Source: a bacterium
GTDB lineage: Bacteria > Patescibacteriota > Microgenomatia > Woykebacterales > RBG-16-39-9b
Assembly: GCA_030704665.1 (NCBI GenBank)
Contig: JAUYID010000009.1
Coordinates: 586,460 to 650,459, forward strand
Length of the DNA: 64,000 bases
Reading direction: 5' to 3'
The notes beneath the pieces were generated by a model. It ran no database searches. It saw only the letters and a list, made by a program, of their open reading frames with translations, and was not told the origin of the DNA. Position 1 is the stretch's first letter, and each line of letters begins with the position of its first letter. Below, in pieces: positions 19,560 to 28,671 of the stretch. The position numbers and the translations under genes are program-made.

Positions 19560-21578
19560 CTATTTAAGAAAGGGTACGAGGAGTAAAGCAACGATGTTGA
19601 TAACCTTAATCATTGGGTTAATTGCCGGACCCGCCGTATCTTTATAGGGGTCTCCAACTGTATCTCCGGTGACCGCGGCTTTGTGGGCTTCCGAGCCTTT
19701 TCCACCGTACTGCCCTTCTTCGATGTATTTCTTGGCATTGTCCCAGGCGGCTCCTCCGTTTGTCATCGAGACGGCGACGAAAACTCCAGTAATTAAAGTT
19801 CCAACGAGCAACCCTCCAAGCGCTGCTGCTCCCAGAAAGTAGCCGACCAGTACTGGGGCCACGACTGGAATTAGCGCGGGGACGATCATTTCTTTTTGAG
19901 CTGCCGCAGTCACGATAGCAACTGCCCGAGCGTAATCTGGTTTAGCACTCCCTTCCATGATCCCTTTGATTTCTTTGAATTGGCGGCGCACTTCAGTGAC
20001 CACACTACCAGCCGCTTTGCCAACCGCCTCCATTGCGAGAGCAGCAAAAAAGTAAGGTAGGGCTCCGCCAATGAAAAGTCCGACGAGAACTTTTGGATCG
20101 GAAATAGTGAAAGTAACCGTACGACCGGCAGCCAGCAACTCTTCTGAGTAAGCTGCAAACAAAACGAGAGCGGCTAACCCCGCTGAAGCAATCGCATAAC
20201 CTTTGGTGACAGCTTTGGTAGTGTTGCCAACTGCGTCCAGTGGATCGGTCACCGCTCGGACTGAAGCGGGCAAACCTGCCATCTCGGCGATACCACCAGC
20301 ATTGTCGGTAATCGGTCCAAAGGCATCAATTGCCACCACAATACCGGTCATAGACAGCATGCTCACTGCCGCAATGGCAATCCCGTAGAGACCAGCGAGA
20401 TTAAAGGAAACAAGAATAGCGGCGGCAATAAGTAAAATTGGCGCCAGTGTTGATTTCATTGAGACAGCTAGACCAGCGATGACATTGGTCCCGTGTCCAG
20501 TGGTTGAAGCTCTCGCGATTGATTTTACTGAAGGAAAACCTTTGGAGGTGTAGTATTCGGTAATAACTACCATTCCTAGGGTCACAATCAAGCCAATGAG
20601 AGAAGCATAAAAAAGGCTTTGTGGGTCTGGACCGATCACTGAATCCGTAGAAAGAGCGTACACTTTATTCGCAAAGAAATTGTTCGTCACCCACCAAAAA
20701 CCAATCGCAGCTAGTATTCCAGAAACAATTAATCCTTGGTACAACGCTCGCATTATCCCAGTCCCGGAAAGCCGAACGAACAACGTACCAATAATTGAGG
20801 CAATTATTGAAACTGCTCCCAAGGCGAGTGGGTAAAGAACCACACTTGTGTTACCAGGAAAAACAAGTGAGCCAAGCAACATCGCGGCAATTGAAGTCAC
20901 TGCATAAGTTTCAAAAAGATCAGCCGCCATCCCCGCATCATCTCCGACATTATCCCCGACATTGTCGGCAATTACCGCCGGATTGCGCGGATCATCCTCC
21001 GGAATTCCGGCTTCGACTTTTCCAACTAGATCAGCTCCGACATCAGCTCCTTTGGTAAAAATTCCACCACCCAGGCGAGCAAAAACAGAGATTAAAGAAG
21101 AACCAAACCCAAGACCGATGAGAGCTTTGACATCATGGGTGAAATAATAAAATCCAGCCACAGAAAGCAGGGCCAAACCGACGACAAAAAGTCCGGTCAC
21201 GGCTCCACCTTTGAAAGCAGTATCGAGTGCCGAAGCAAGTCCTTTTTTGGCGGCTTCAGCAGTTCTGACATTAGCTCGCACTGCCACATTCATACCGATA
21301 AAGCCCGCTGCGGCAGAAGCGACTGCTCCGACCAGAAAACCAATTCCAGTCACCATTCCCAGTTTCCACCAAATAATGAGGAAAATCAGCAGACCGACCG
21401 CGCCAACTACTCTATATTGTCGGTTTAAGTAAGCAGAAGCTCCTTCTTGAATCGCAGTAGCGATCTCCTGCATTTTTTTGTCCCCGGCCGAAAGTCTTAA
21501 AACCAAACTGACCAGAACCAGTCCGTAAAGGATGGCAGCGCCTCCGCTAGCCAGAATCCAAAGTAAAGGGTTGTTCAT
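19560..21578 (-). CDS. hppA: membrane-bound H+/Na+-translocating pyrophosphatase
   Basis: 672 aa, about 16 TM helices. Signature [22 protein letters not shown] and a C-terminal ...[21 protein letters not shown]. Confidence 0.9.
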   Translation of the reverse strand: MNNPLLWILASGGAAILYGLVLVSLVLRLSAGDKKMQEIATAIQEGASAYLNRQYRVVGAVGLLIFLIIWWKLGMVTGIGFLVGAVASAAAGFIGMNVAVRANVRTAEAAKKGLASALDTAFKGGAVTGLFVVGLALLSVAGFYYFTHDVKALIGLGFGSSLISVFARLGGGIFTKGADVGADLVGKVEAGIPEDDPRNPAVIADNVGDNVGDDAGMAADLFETYAVTSIAAMLLGSLVFPGNTSVVLYPLALGAVSIIASIIGTLFVRLSGTGIMRALYQGLIVSGILAAIGFWWVTNNFFANKVYALSTDSVIGPDPQSLFYASLIGLIVTLGMVVITEYYTSKGFPSVKSIARASTTGHGTNVIAGLAVSMKSTLAPILLIAAAILVSFNLAGLYGIAIAAVSMLSMTGIVVAIDAFGPITDNAGGIAEMAGLPASVRAVTDPLDAVGNTTKAVTKGYAIASAGLAALVLFAAYSEELLAAGRTVTFTISDPKVLVGLFIGGALPYFFAALAMEAVGKAAGSVVTEVRRQFKEIKGIMEGSAKPDYARAVAIVTAAAQKEMIVPALIPVVAPVLVGYFLGAAALGGLLVGTLITGVFVAVSMTNGGAAWDNAKKYIEEGQYGGKGSEAHKAAVTGDTVGDPYKDTAGPAINPMIKVINIVALLLVPFLK

Positions 21579-21699
21579 AAACTTTTGCTGTAGCTAACTA
21601 AATTGTAAAATAACTTTAATTGGCAGATTGGCTGGTAGTTTATCGAAAAATACACACGTTGACAAGATCCTAAGCAATTATTAATAATGTAGAAAGACG

Positions 21700-21850
21700 C
21701 GCAAGCGTCTGTATCAAGAGCTCCTGAGCGAAGCCAAGTCTGACTTGGCGAAGTCGAAGGACGGCAACCCCACAGGTAGGGTGCCAAAACGATACGCCCG
21801 CAAGGGAACTGTCTTTTTTGACACTTTCTTTCGGGAAAGTGTTTTTTTTG
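21700..21850 (+). ncRNA. SAM-I-like riboswitch with intrinsic terminator (metK leader)
   Basis: Conserved SAM-I blocks in order: P1 strand GTATC/GATAC, AUCAAGAG, GGCAACC, GGUGCCAA. The expression platform is the hairpin CACTTTCT-TTCG-GGAAAGTG plus T8 at 21822-21849. The metK RBS AAGGAGG is at 21871. Confidence 0.55.
21822..21849 (+). terminator. rho-independent terminator with UUCG tetraloop (riboswitch expression platform)
   Basis: Seven G-C/A-T pairs plus one G-T wobble, a TTCG loop, followed by TTTTTTTT. Confidence 0.7.
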
Positions 21851-21885
21851 TTTTTATAATCTTGGCTTTTAAGGAGGATTATTAA

Positions 21886-23001
21886 ATGTACAAACTTTTT
21901 ACTTCTGAATCAGTTGCCGCTGGACACCCAGACAAAATTTGTGATCAGGTCTCCGATGCCATTGTTGACGCGGCTCTCAAAAACGATCCTAGCTCAAGAG
22001 TCGCCGTCGAAACTTTGGTCACTACCAACCGCATCGTTCTCGCTGGCGAAGTTACAACCAGCAAAAAACTTGACTATGAAGCCCTGGCTCGAAAAGTGGT
22101 TCGCGATTTGGGCTATACTGATCCAGAACTTGGCTTTTCCGATCAGGCAGAAGTAGAAGTTTACATCCACGAGCAGTCTAAAGAAATTTCTCATGGGGTT
22201 GATCAGGATGGTGCCGGAGATCAAGGTATGATGTTTGGCTTTGCCAACAATGAAACCCCAGAGCTGATGCCGACTCCAATCATCTTGGCACACAAACTAA
22301 CTGAGAACCTCGACTCTCTAAGAAAAAAGGGAACCTTACCCTATCTTTTGCCAGATGGTAAAAGCGAAGTCACCATTCGCTATGAAGGGTTGAAACCAAC
22401 CGCAGTTGAGCGAGTCGTTCTTGCCGTAGCGCATAAAAAAGAAATTGCCGAAAAAGAACTTGCCGCCGATCTCTTCAAAGAACTTGTCGTTCCAAGCCTT
22501 GAAAAGTTCAAGTTCAGGGTTGACCAGAGCGCTGTCATTATCAATGGTGCTGGGCCTTGGACTAGTCCGGGACCAGCTTCCGATACTGGTTTGACTGGGC
22601 GCAAAATTGTCATTGATACTTATGGCGGTTTTGCTCGAGCTGGTGGGGGCGCGTTTAGTGGTAAGGATCCAACCAAAGTCGACCGTTCCGGAGCCTATGC
22701 AGCGCGCTTTTTGGCCAAAAACATTGTTGCTGAGAATCTTGCTGATCAGGTCGAAGTCCAAGTCGCCTATGTCATTGGCCAAGCCCAACCAGTGGCTAAA
22801 GCAATTGAGACTTTCGGGACCGAAAAGAAAAGTTTAAAGCTGATTGAAGATTTTGCCTGGAATTTGCTTGATTTGGCCGTGCCTCATATTTTGACTAAAC
22901 TTGATTTACGAAAGCCGATCTACCAAAAAACCGCCTCCTACGGTCATTTTGGCCGGGACCACTTCAGCTGGGAAAAAACTTTTCCCAAGAAAAAGAATTG
23001 A
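21886..23001 (+). CDS. metK: S-adenosylmethionine synthetase
   Basis: AAGHPDKICDQVSDAIVDA, GAGDQGMMFGFA and GGGAFSGKDPTKVDRSGAY are the MetK signatures. 371 aa. Confidence 0.9.
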   Translation: MYKLFTSESVAAGHPDKICDQVSDAIVDAALKNDPSSRVAVETLVTTNRIVLAGEVTTSKKLDYEALARKVVRDLGYTDPELGFSDQAEVEVYIHEQSKEISHGVDQDGAGDQGMMFGFANNETPELMPTPIILAHKLTENLDSLRKKGTLPYLLPDGKSEVTIRYEGLKPTAVERVVLAVAHKKEIAEKELAADLFKELVVPSLEKFKFRVDQSAVIINGAGPWTSPGPASDTGLTGRKIVIDTYGGFARAGGGAFSGKDPTKVDRSGAYAARFLAKNIVAENLADQVEVQVAYVIGQAQPVAKAIETFGTEKKSLKLIEDFAWNLLDLAVPHILTKLDLRKPIYQKTASYGHFGRDHFSWEKTFPKKKN

Positions 23002-23147
23002 CAAACGAAACTTTTTAGTAGTAGACTTTTTTAGAAAAGACTGATAGTCAATGCTTTTCCTGCTCCCTAAAACTATGAAAAGATCATCACCTCGTGAAGA
23101 ATATTCTTTTAACAAGATTATGAAGGCTGGATAGGGGGTGATTAATT

Positions 23148-23813
23148 GTGACACTACAAGACTACATTAACCTCACTCAAGACTCAATCAACAACTTCTT
23201 CAATGGTCTCGGACCAACTTTATCCAACATCGTCGCGGCAATCGTCATCTTCGCCATCGGACTAATTATTGGCTCAATACTAAAAAGAGTTTGGGAAGAA
23301 ATCAGTAAGGCAGTCAGTCTCGAAAGAAGTCTTTCTGGTTGGGACGCTTACCAAAAACTGACCAAGGCTCATGACGGAGTCGATCTAACTTCCTTTGTCG
23401 GAGAGTTGCTTCGCTGGCTATCAGTCATTGTCTTCTTGCTTCCAGCCATCGATGCGCTAGGAATTGCCGGTGGACAAAGTGTACTCTCAGCAGTCATGGG
23501 TTACTTGCCAAACGTGGTCGTTGCTAGCTTGTTCTTGGTCGTTGGTTTTGTCATCTCTTGGTTCATTCATCGCTTAGTCATGGTCGCGGGTGTTTTGGTA
23601 GACAAAAACCCCTCCCATCTCATTGCTGACGTTGCTGCTTTAGCAGTCATCGTCTTTGCTCTACTTGGGGCTTTACAGCAGCTTGGCTTGGGCGCTGATC
23701 TGATCAGATTCTTTGTTTTGGCTGGCTTTGCTGCGACGGCTCTTGCCTTTGGATTGGCTGGTAAAGATACAGCCGCGGAATTGATCAAGAAATTCATGGA
23801 TCGAGCCAAATAG
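23148..23813 (+). CDS. small membrane protein with repeated TM-helix motifs (MscS N-terminal 'conserved TM helix' type), paralog 1
   Basis: 221 aa, 5-6 TM helices, internal repeat. Clear paralogy to the next gene (e.g. FVGELLRWLSVIVFLLPAIDALG vs LLAELLRWFTILIFLIPAVDQLG; both C-termini carry GLxGKDTAA). Confidence 0.6.
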   Translation: MTLQDYINLTQDSINNFFNGLGPTLSNIVAAIVIFAIGLIIGSILKRVWEEISKAVSLERSLSGWDAYQKLTKAHDGVDLTSFVGELLRWLSVIVFLLPAIDALGIAGGQSVLSAVMGYLPNVVVASLFLVVGFVISWFIHRLVMVAGVLVDKNPSHLIADVAALAVIVFALLGALQQLGLGADLIRFFVLAGFAATALAFGLAGKDTAAELIKKFMDRAK

Positions 23814-23851
23814 GAGAAGAATTACTGTGTTAGAAATTATCAAGGAGGACT

Positions 23852-24532
23852 ATGCAAGAGGTAAGTACAGCGGTCGTTGATGCAATCACCGACTCATTGC
23901 GAGCAACAGCTCGTTTCTTACCGAACCTGATCGCAGCGATTGTCATCTTCATCATTGGAGTGATTGTGGCTGCAATCTTGAAGAACGCTCTTTTGAGAAT
24001 TCTCGAGGTTATCAACTTCGAGCGTTGGCTGCACAACACCGGCATTCCCGAAGCCCTGAAACGGGCAGACGCGACTCTTTCAGTCAGTAAACTTTTGGCA
24101 GAACTTCTGCGCTGGTTTACGATTCTGATTTTCTTGATTCCAGCTGTCGATCAGCTAGGACTTGGGGCGGTCAATGAAGTTCTCAGTCAGTTGCTTCTCT
24201 ACATCCCCAACGTTGTGGTCGCCGTGATCATCGTTGCTGTTGGAGCAGTAGCTGCAAAACTGGCACGAGATTTCGTGACAGCGACTGCAACTGGGGTCGG
24301 AACTCAACTCTCGGGCGTGATCGGTCAAGTCGCTCAGACCTCAATTTTGGTCTTTGCGGTCCTAGCCGCCCTCACTCAGCTTGGTGTCGCTCCCGACTTG
24401 ATCAAAATCCTTTTCACCGGCTTTGTTGCTATGCTAGCAATTGCGGGTGGTCTGGCCTTTGGTCTCGGTGGAAAAGATACCGCTGCCGGTGTCTTAGAGA
24501 CAATACGAAAGAGCTTTCAGGAAAAGAAGTAA
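23852..24532 (+). CDS. small membrane protein with repeated TM-helix motifs, paralog 2
   Basis: 226 aa, tandem paralog of the preceding gene, with its own RBS (AAGGAGGA at 23833). Confidence 0.6.
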   Translation: MQEVSTAVVDAITDSLRATARFLPNLIAAIVIFIIGVIVAAILKNALLRILEVINFERWLHNTGIPEALKRADATLSVSKLLAELLRWFTILIFLIPAVDQLGLGAVNEVLSQLLLYIPNVVVAVIIVAVGAVAAKLARDFVTATATGVGTQLSGVIGQVAQTSILVFAVLAALTQLGVAPDLIKILFTGFVAMLAIAGGLAFGLGGKDTAAGVLETIRKSFQEKK

Positions 24533-24644
24533 AAGGGCAAGAAAGCAAAGTAATTCTCTCTTGTACTGGGGCTTCTTTATGAAGTAAAATTCTTGCTGAA
24601 AATGCACGATTATCTGTCCGCCTCTGTCCTGATAAGGAGGCCCT

Positions 24645-26873
24645 ATGTATAAAAACCTGCTCCTTTTGCATCAACTTGAAAAAGAAGACTCCCCTGAGGT
24701 TGGGTTCAAGGCCGCACGTTTGGGTGAACTGTCCAGGCAAGGTCTAAAAACTCCCTCTGGCTTTGTCATTGCTTCAGAAGCTTTTTTTGATCTCCTCAAA
24801 AATAACAATCTTTACGAAAAATTTGAAAGCCTTTTTAAATCTCTGGACTTTCACCACCATCATGAACTCGAAAGCGCTTCTCTAATTTTTAAAAAGGCTC
24901 TTTTGGCTTCCCAACTACCAACTGATTTGGAGGAAAAGCTCAAAAGCGTCTTTTCTTCGTTTTCTCCTGTCTCAAGCCAATTTTTTCTTTCTTTGAGTAC
25001 AAACAATGAAGCTGTTGCCAGTTTTTTTGAAGAAAAGGAAAAATTTTTCACCGCCAGAAGTCTAAACGTCTTTATCAAAGAATTAAAATCTTCTTGGGCG
25101 GACGTCTTTGACCCAAAAGTTATTTTTCTTGCCAAAAGCAAGGAAGTTGACTTTGCAACTCTGACCCCAAGCTTAGTTTTTCAAGCCCTCGCCGCCGCCG
25201 ATGCCTCGGGGACGATCAAAACAAGGCAAACTTCTCTCGGCAACCTTGTTTCCCTCACCGCCCTCTGGGGTTTGGATACGGACCTTCACAAAAGAGTCGA
25301 TGAGGCAGACACTTACTTGGTTGACAAAAAAACCTTGGCCATTGTCCGAAAAACCATTGGTCAGCAAAAAATTCAACTCATTCCTGTGAGGGATAGTGTC
25401 AAAAAACTGCCAGTACCTTTAGTCTTTTCTAGCCAACAAAAACTTGAGGATCGCCTCATTCAAAAGCTGTGCAAAGACGCAGTAAAAATAGAGAACCACT
25501 TTCTTTCTCCCCAAAAAATCCACTGGTTTTTGGTTGACGACAACCTAATGATCGACAGTACCCAGCCTTTAGAGGAAACAGAGAAGATAAACTTCAACTC
25601 CGCCCGCTTACTTCTGGAAAATTCTCTACAAGTTCTCGCCAAAGGAAGGGGTCTCTATCCAGGAATTGCAACGGGACCAATTAAATTTTTAAGCTCGAAA
25701 TTGACTAGTACCAAACCAAACCTGAGCAAAGTAAAAAATGGGGATATAGTTTTTCTCAAAGAGTACTCGAACAAATACTCTCCTCTACTTCGCAAGGCTG
25801 CTGGCTTGGTAGTCAGCAAACTTCCAGAAAAAGCCTTTAGCGCTTCTTTAAGAAATCTGGGCAAACCAACTCTGGTTGGAGAAGTAGCGGAAAACTACGC
25901 TGGACAAGTCGTTACTCTTGATGGTGGAGAAGGAAAAGTACTGAAAGGTGCTTGGGCTAGGGAGTCCCGGCGCAGTCTTCCCACCCGAGCACAGACAGTC
26001 CCAGAACACCGTCGGCTCACCAAAATTTTTGTTAGTACCGGAGAGCCACAACTTGCGCAGGAACTGGCCCAACAAAACTTCGACGGAGTTGGTTTACTGC
26101 GCGCCGAGCCAATTTGGACGCAGATCGGTACTCATCCCCAGCTGGTTCTGAGAGAAAAGGGAGAGAAAAAGTTTGTTCGCGCTCTCGCAAACCAGATCGG
26201 CAAACTCGCGGCAGCTTTTTCCCCTCGGCCGGTGATCTACCGAGCCAGTGAATTTACTCTCGAGGATTTGCAGGCTCTTCGCGGTAGTCCCAAAGAGCAA
26301 GCTTCTGAGAGCTCTCCCCAAGGAGCTGCCTATTTTCTAGCTCATCCAGAGCACTTTGAACTTGAGCTTGAAGCAATCAAGGAGGTACGCAATGGTCTGG
26401 GCTTTAAAAACCTTTGGCTCGCGATTCCTCTAGTTCGCAGCGTTGAAGAAATGGAAAAAATCAAAAAACAAGTTTCCGGCATTGGTTTACCTCGTTCTGG
26501 CTCTTTCCGCTTGCTGATGATCGCGGAAGTTCCCGCCAACACGGTTCTCATCGATCAATTCTTGGAAACCGGTATTGATGGCCTTGTTGTTGATGTAGCT
26601 GATCTTGCTTCTTTGATTTTGGGTAAGACCACTTCACCGGGTTCAAAAACTAGCCCGGCGGTGCTCGATTCTTTAGCTAGATTGATCAAAGAAACCCGCA
26701 AAAGAAAGCTCTTTGCTTCGGCTATTCTTCAAGCCGGAGAGCTGAACGAGGAAATCTTGGAAACCCTCGTCCGAGCCGGAGTCTCGGCTGTTTCCGTGCC
26801 GCACCCTTACCTGAACCAGGCGGCTTCACTTTTGACTAAAGCTGAAAAGAAAATTGTCACGGGAAAAAACTAG
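24645..26873 (+). CDS. PEP-utilising-enzyme family protein (PpsA / pyruvate,water-dikinase-like), probably non-canonical
   Basis: 742 aa. N-terminal nucleotide-binding domain (GFKAARLGELSRQGLKTPSGFVIASEAFF), central mobile domain and C-terminal barrel (GVGLLRAEPIW, RASEF). The expected phospho-His (GGRTSHAA) appears as LPEKAFSA, and the MCE Cys as MIAEVP. Confidence 0.65.
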   Translation: MYKNLLLLHQLEKEDSPEVGFKAARLGELSRQGLKTPSGFVIASEAFFDLLKNNNLYEKFESLFKSLDFHHHHELESASLIFKKALLASQLPTDLEEKLKSVFSSFSPVSSQFFLSLSTNNEAVASFFEEKEKFFTARSLNVFIKELKSSWADVFDPKVIFLAKSKEVDFATLTPSLVFQALAAADASGTIKTRQTSLGNLVSLTALWGLDTDLHKRVDEADTYLVDKKTLAIVRKTIGQQKIQLIPVRDSVKKLPVPLVFSSQQKLEDRLIQKLCKDAVKIENHFLSPQKIHWFLVDDNLMIDSTQPLEETEKINFNSARLLLENSLQVLAKGRGLYPGIATGPIKFLSSKLTSTKPNLSKVKNGDIVFLKEYSNKYSPLLRKAAGLVVSKLPEKAFSASLRNLGKPTLVGEVAENYAGQVVTLDGGEGKVLKGAWARESRRSLPTRAQTVPEHRRLTKIFVSTGEPQLAQELAQQNFDGVGLLRAEPIWTQIGTHPQLVLREKGEKKFVRALANQIGKLAAAFSPRPVIYRASEFTLEDLQALRGSPKEQASESSPQGAAYFLAHPEHFELELEAIKEVRNGLGFKNLWLAIPLVRSVEEMEKIKKQVSGIGLPRSGSFRLLMIAEVPANTVLIDQFLETGIDGLVVDVADLASLILGKTTSPGSKTSPAVLDSLARLIKETRKRKLFASAILQAGELNEEILETLVRAGVSAVSVPHPYLNQAASLLTKAEKKIVTGKN

Positions 26874-27121
26874 TGCTCTGTGGGCGAGGAAGATGTGGCT
26901 TGTCTAGGAGTCGAGCTTTGAGTGCTGTTTGCTTGTCTGTTTTCCTCCCCACCACTTGATCGGAAAAAGATAAACCCAAGACCAAAAAGAATCAGCAGGA
27001 CAGCTAAAATTGCTACCAAAAGCCCGGTCTTGCCCTGATTTTCGTCGGATTTTTTTTCAGTTGCTAGAACTGCTTGGTCGGTATCTGAACTTGGAGAAAG
27101 CGAAGGAGTTTGTTCTTCCAT
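26870..27121 (-). CDS. hypothetical small membrane protein
   Basis: 83 aa. Ser/Thr-rich N-terminus, one TM helix (LLVAILAVLLILFGLGFIFF), Ser/Thr-rich tail. Could be spurious. Confidence 0.35.
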   Translation of the reverse strand: MEEQTPSLSPSSDTDQAVLATEKKSDENQGKTGLLVAILAVLLILFGLGFIFFRSSGGEENRQANSTQSSTPRQATSSSPTEH

Positions 27122-27221
27122 GGGCTAAAAACTTACCATCTTTCTTGGTTGGCTGTCAATCAAATTTCCTGAAGAATAGATTGCAACTTTAGCCTCGATT
27201 TGTTATCATGCAAATTTGCGT

Positions 27222-27344
27222 GGGCCTCTAGCTCAATTGGCGAGAAAGCCAACTGCTTGTCTTTTGAGAGGAATTTTAGCTAAGATTGATTCTAGCGTTA
27301 AGAAATTCCTGGAAGAGTAGCGGCCTTTGAAGGAGGATCCTGTT
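27222..27344 (+). repeat. partial duplicate of the tRNA-Lys 5' portion (19 nt) plus about 100 nt of hairpin-rich sequence, directly upstream of tRNA-Lys
   Basis: GGGCCTCTAGCTCAATTGG at 27222-27240 is identical to tRNA-Lys positions 1-19. Nested inverted repeats follow (TTGGC/GCCAA, GGAATTT/AAATTCC). A second degenerate anticodon-arm-like block lies at 27318-27335. Confidence 0.6.
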
Positions 27345-27420
27345 GGGCCTCTAGCTCAATTGGTAGAGCAGCGGCCTTTTAAGCCGCGTGTTCTGGGTTC
27401 GAGTCCCAGGAGGCTCACCA
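27345..27420 (+). tRNA. tRNA-Lys (anticodon TTT)
   Basis: Cloverleaf with acceptor GGGCCTC/GAGGCTC, D-arm GCTC..GAGC, anticodon stem GCGGC/GCCGC with loop CTTTTAA, T-arm CTGGG-TTCGAGT-CCCAG, encoded CCA. Confidence 0.9.
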
Positions 27421-27581
27421 GGATCTTCTTTCCTTCGGAAACAAGACAGTCGTTCTGGGTTCGTTTTTAATAAATTGGCAAGAGGCCAAGATCCCAGCGG
27501 GCTCACCAAATCCGATTTATATTGATATAGTAAGCAAAAGAAAAAGGCGCCCATTGCTGAACGCCTATTAATAGCGGTCTC

Positions 27582-27905
27582 TTAGGTCAAAGGGCGTGAG
27601 CTTTGAATAACATTAATCTCCCCTAATGCCCTTTCCAGAATTGGGTTGATTTTGTAGGACCAACCCTCGCTGCATGCAGTAGTGACAACTCCAATCTGCT
27701 CCCCGGACATAGAATTTGAGAGTGGAGAAGTAACAGCTACAACTATATGAGTACCTCTGTAGAAAAGGTGGTATAACTTCACCTCGCTCTTACTAAATTT
27801 AGGTACAAGTGCTTTGTAGGCTGTATCTGCCGAGCTAGACAACATAAACCCAAACGCGACCGCCCTTACCAATTTCATCTTCTGTCCTTTCACCACTAAA
27901 CTCAC
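27582..27905 (-). CDS. small secreted protein (hypothetical)
   Basis: 107-aa ORF. The likely true start is the internal Met at about 27878 (MKLVRAVAFGFMLSSSADTAYKA, a signal peptide). Confidence 0.4.
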   Translation of the reverse strand: MSLVVKGQKMKLVRAVAFGFMLSSSADTAYKALVPKFSKSEVKLYHLFYRGTHIVVAVTSPLSNSMSGEQIGVVTTACSEGWSYKINPILERALGEINVIQSSRPLT

Positions 27906-28079
27906 CTCAGGTTGGCGAGCCTAATGATGTCTTTGTTGTTTTGATTTGGGAAAAATAATTGGGGAAGAAACTTAAACCAAGGCACGACAAGACCGCCAAC
28001 TTAGTTGGATGTCTTGCTTTTCTTGATGTTTAAGTTTAAATTCATTGTTTGGAGTTTACCCCAAGAGCACAGTTTTGTC

Positions 28080-28103
28080 AAAAAGCTGCCATTCTAGCAC
28101 TTT
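28080..28103 (+). repeat. direct repeat copy 1: AAAAAGCTGCCATTCTAGCA(C)TTTT, left boundary of the AT-rich cassette
   Basis: 20 nt identical to 30011-30030; extends to 24 nt with one indel. It overlaps the -35 to -10 region in front of the 28122 operon, and TGTAAAAT lies 10 nt downstream. Confidence 0.8.
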
Positions 28104-28121
28104 TGGTGTAAAATTCGAAAT

Positions 28122-28670
28122 ATGAAACTTTATCGATTCAGCCCGATTAAAAAATTAGAAAAACTATTTGAAGCAATTAAACACATTCATTTTGAGGCTC
28201 ACAAACTTTCAAAACAATCCTTCGGCTATTACCTTCCAAATAACGCTGGTAACATTGGTGTGTTTTGTCACTATGACGATGAATATGAAGCTCTGATAAA
28301 GATTAGAAAAGACTTAACAAAACCCTCCGATAATCCAAACCAAAAGTACTTCACTTTACTAAAACCAATCGTTATTCCAGCACAAGATGATGTTCCAGAA
28401 ACTACTTACACCCATCTTTATATTCGAAAACCAGACCCCTATCGCCATCACGTAGGAGATGTTGATTTCTATTTGGAGCCAGAAGAGTACAAAAAACCAA
28501 AAGGAGAACTACTTGCTGGTAAGAAAATGAAAGGAGCTAGAGTTTTTGAAAGACCTGATTTGGATATGATTGAACTTTTTGATCCGGACGTTGATGTTCT
28601 TGCTTACGTTAGCACTGAAAAGATGTCAGAAGCAGTCAGGGTTAAACTTTCTGAACACACTAAACTATAA
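28122..28670 (+). CDS. hypothetical protein (AT-rich cassette)
   Basis: 182-aa ORF, about 30% GC, first gene of a three-gene same-strand cluster. No motif recognised. Confidence 0.5.
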   Translation: MKLYRFSPIKKLEKLFEAIKHIHFEAHKLSKQSFGYYLPNNAGNIGVFCHYDDEYEALIKIRKDLTKPSDNPNQKYFTLLKPIVIPAQDDVPETTYTHLYIRKPDPYRHHVGDVDFYLEPEEYKKPKGELLAGKKMKGARVFERPDLDMIELFDPDVDVLAYVSTEKMSEAVRVKLSEHTKL

Positions 28671-28671
28671 A

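Noticed and set aside
23002-23147. Apparent hairpin AGACTTTTTT / AGAAAAGACT between metK and the first TM-helix gene, considered as a metK terminator.
   Set aside because: The two halves form a mirror repeat, not an inverted repeat, so they cannot pair. No terminator was called.
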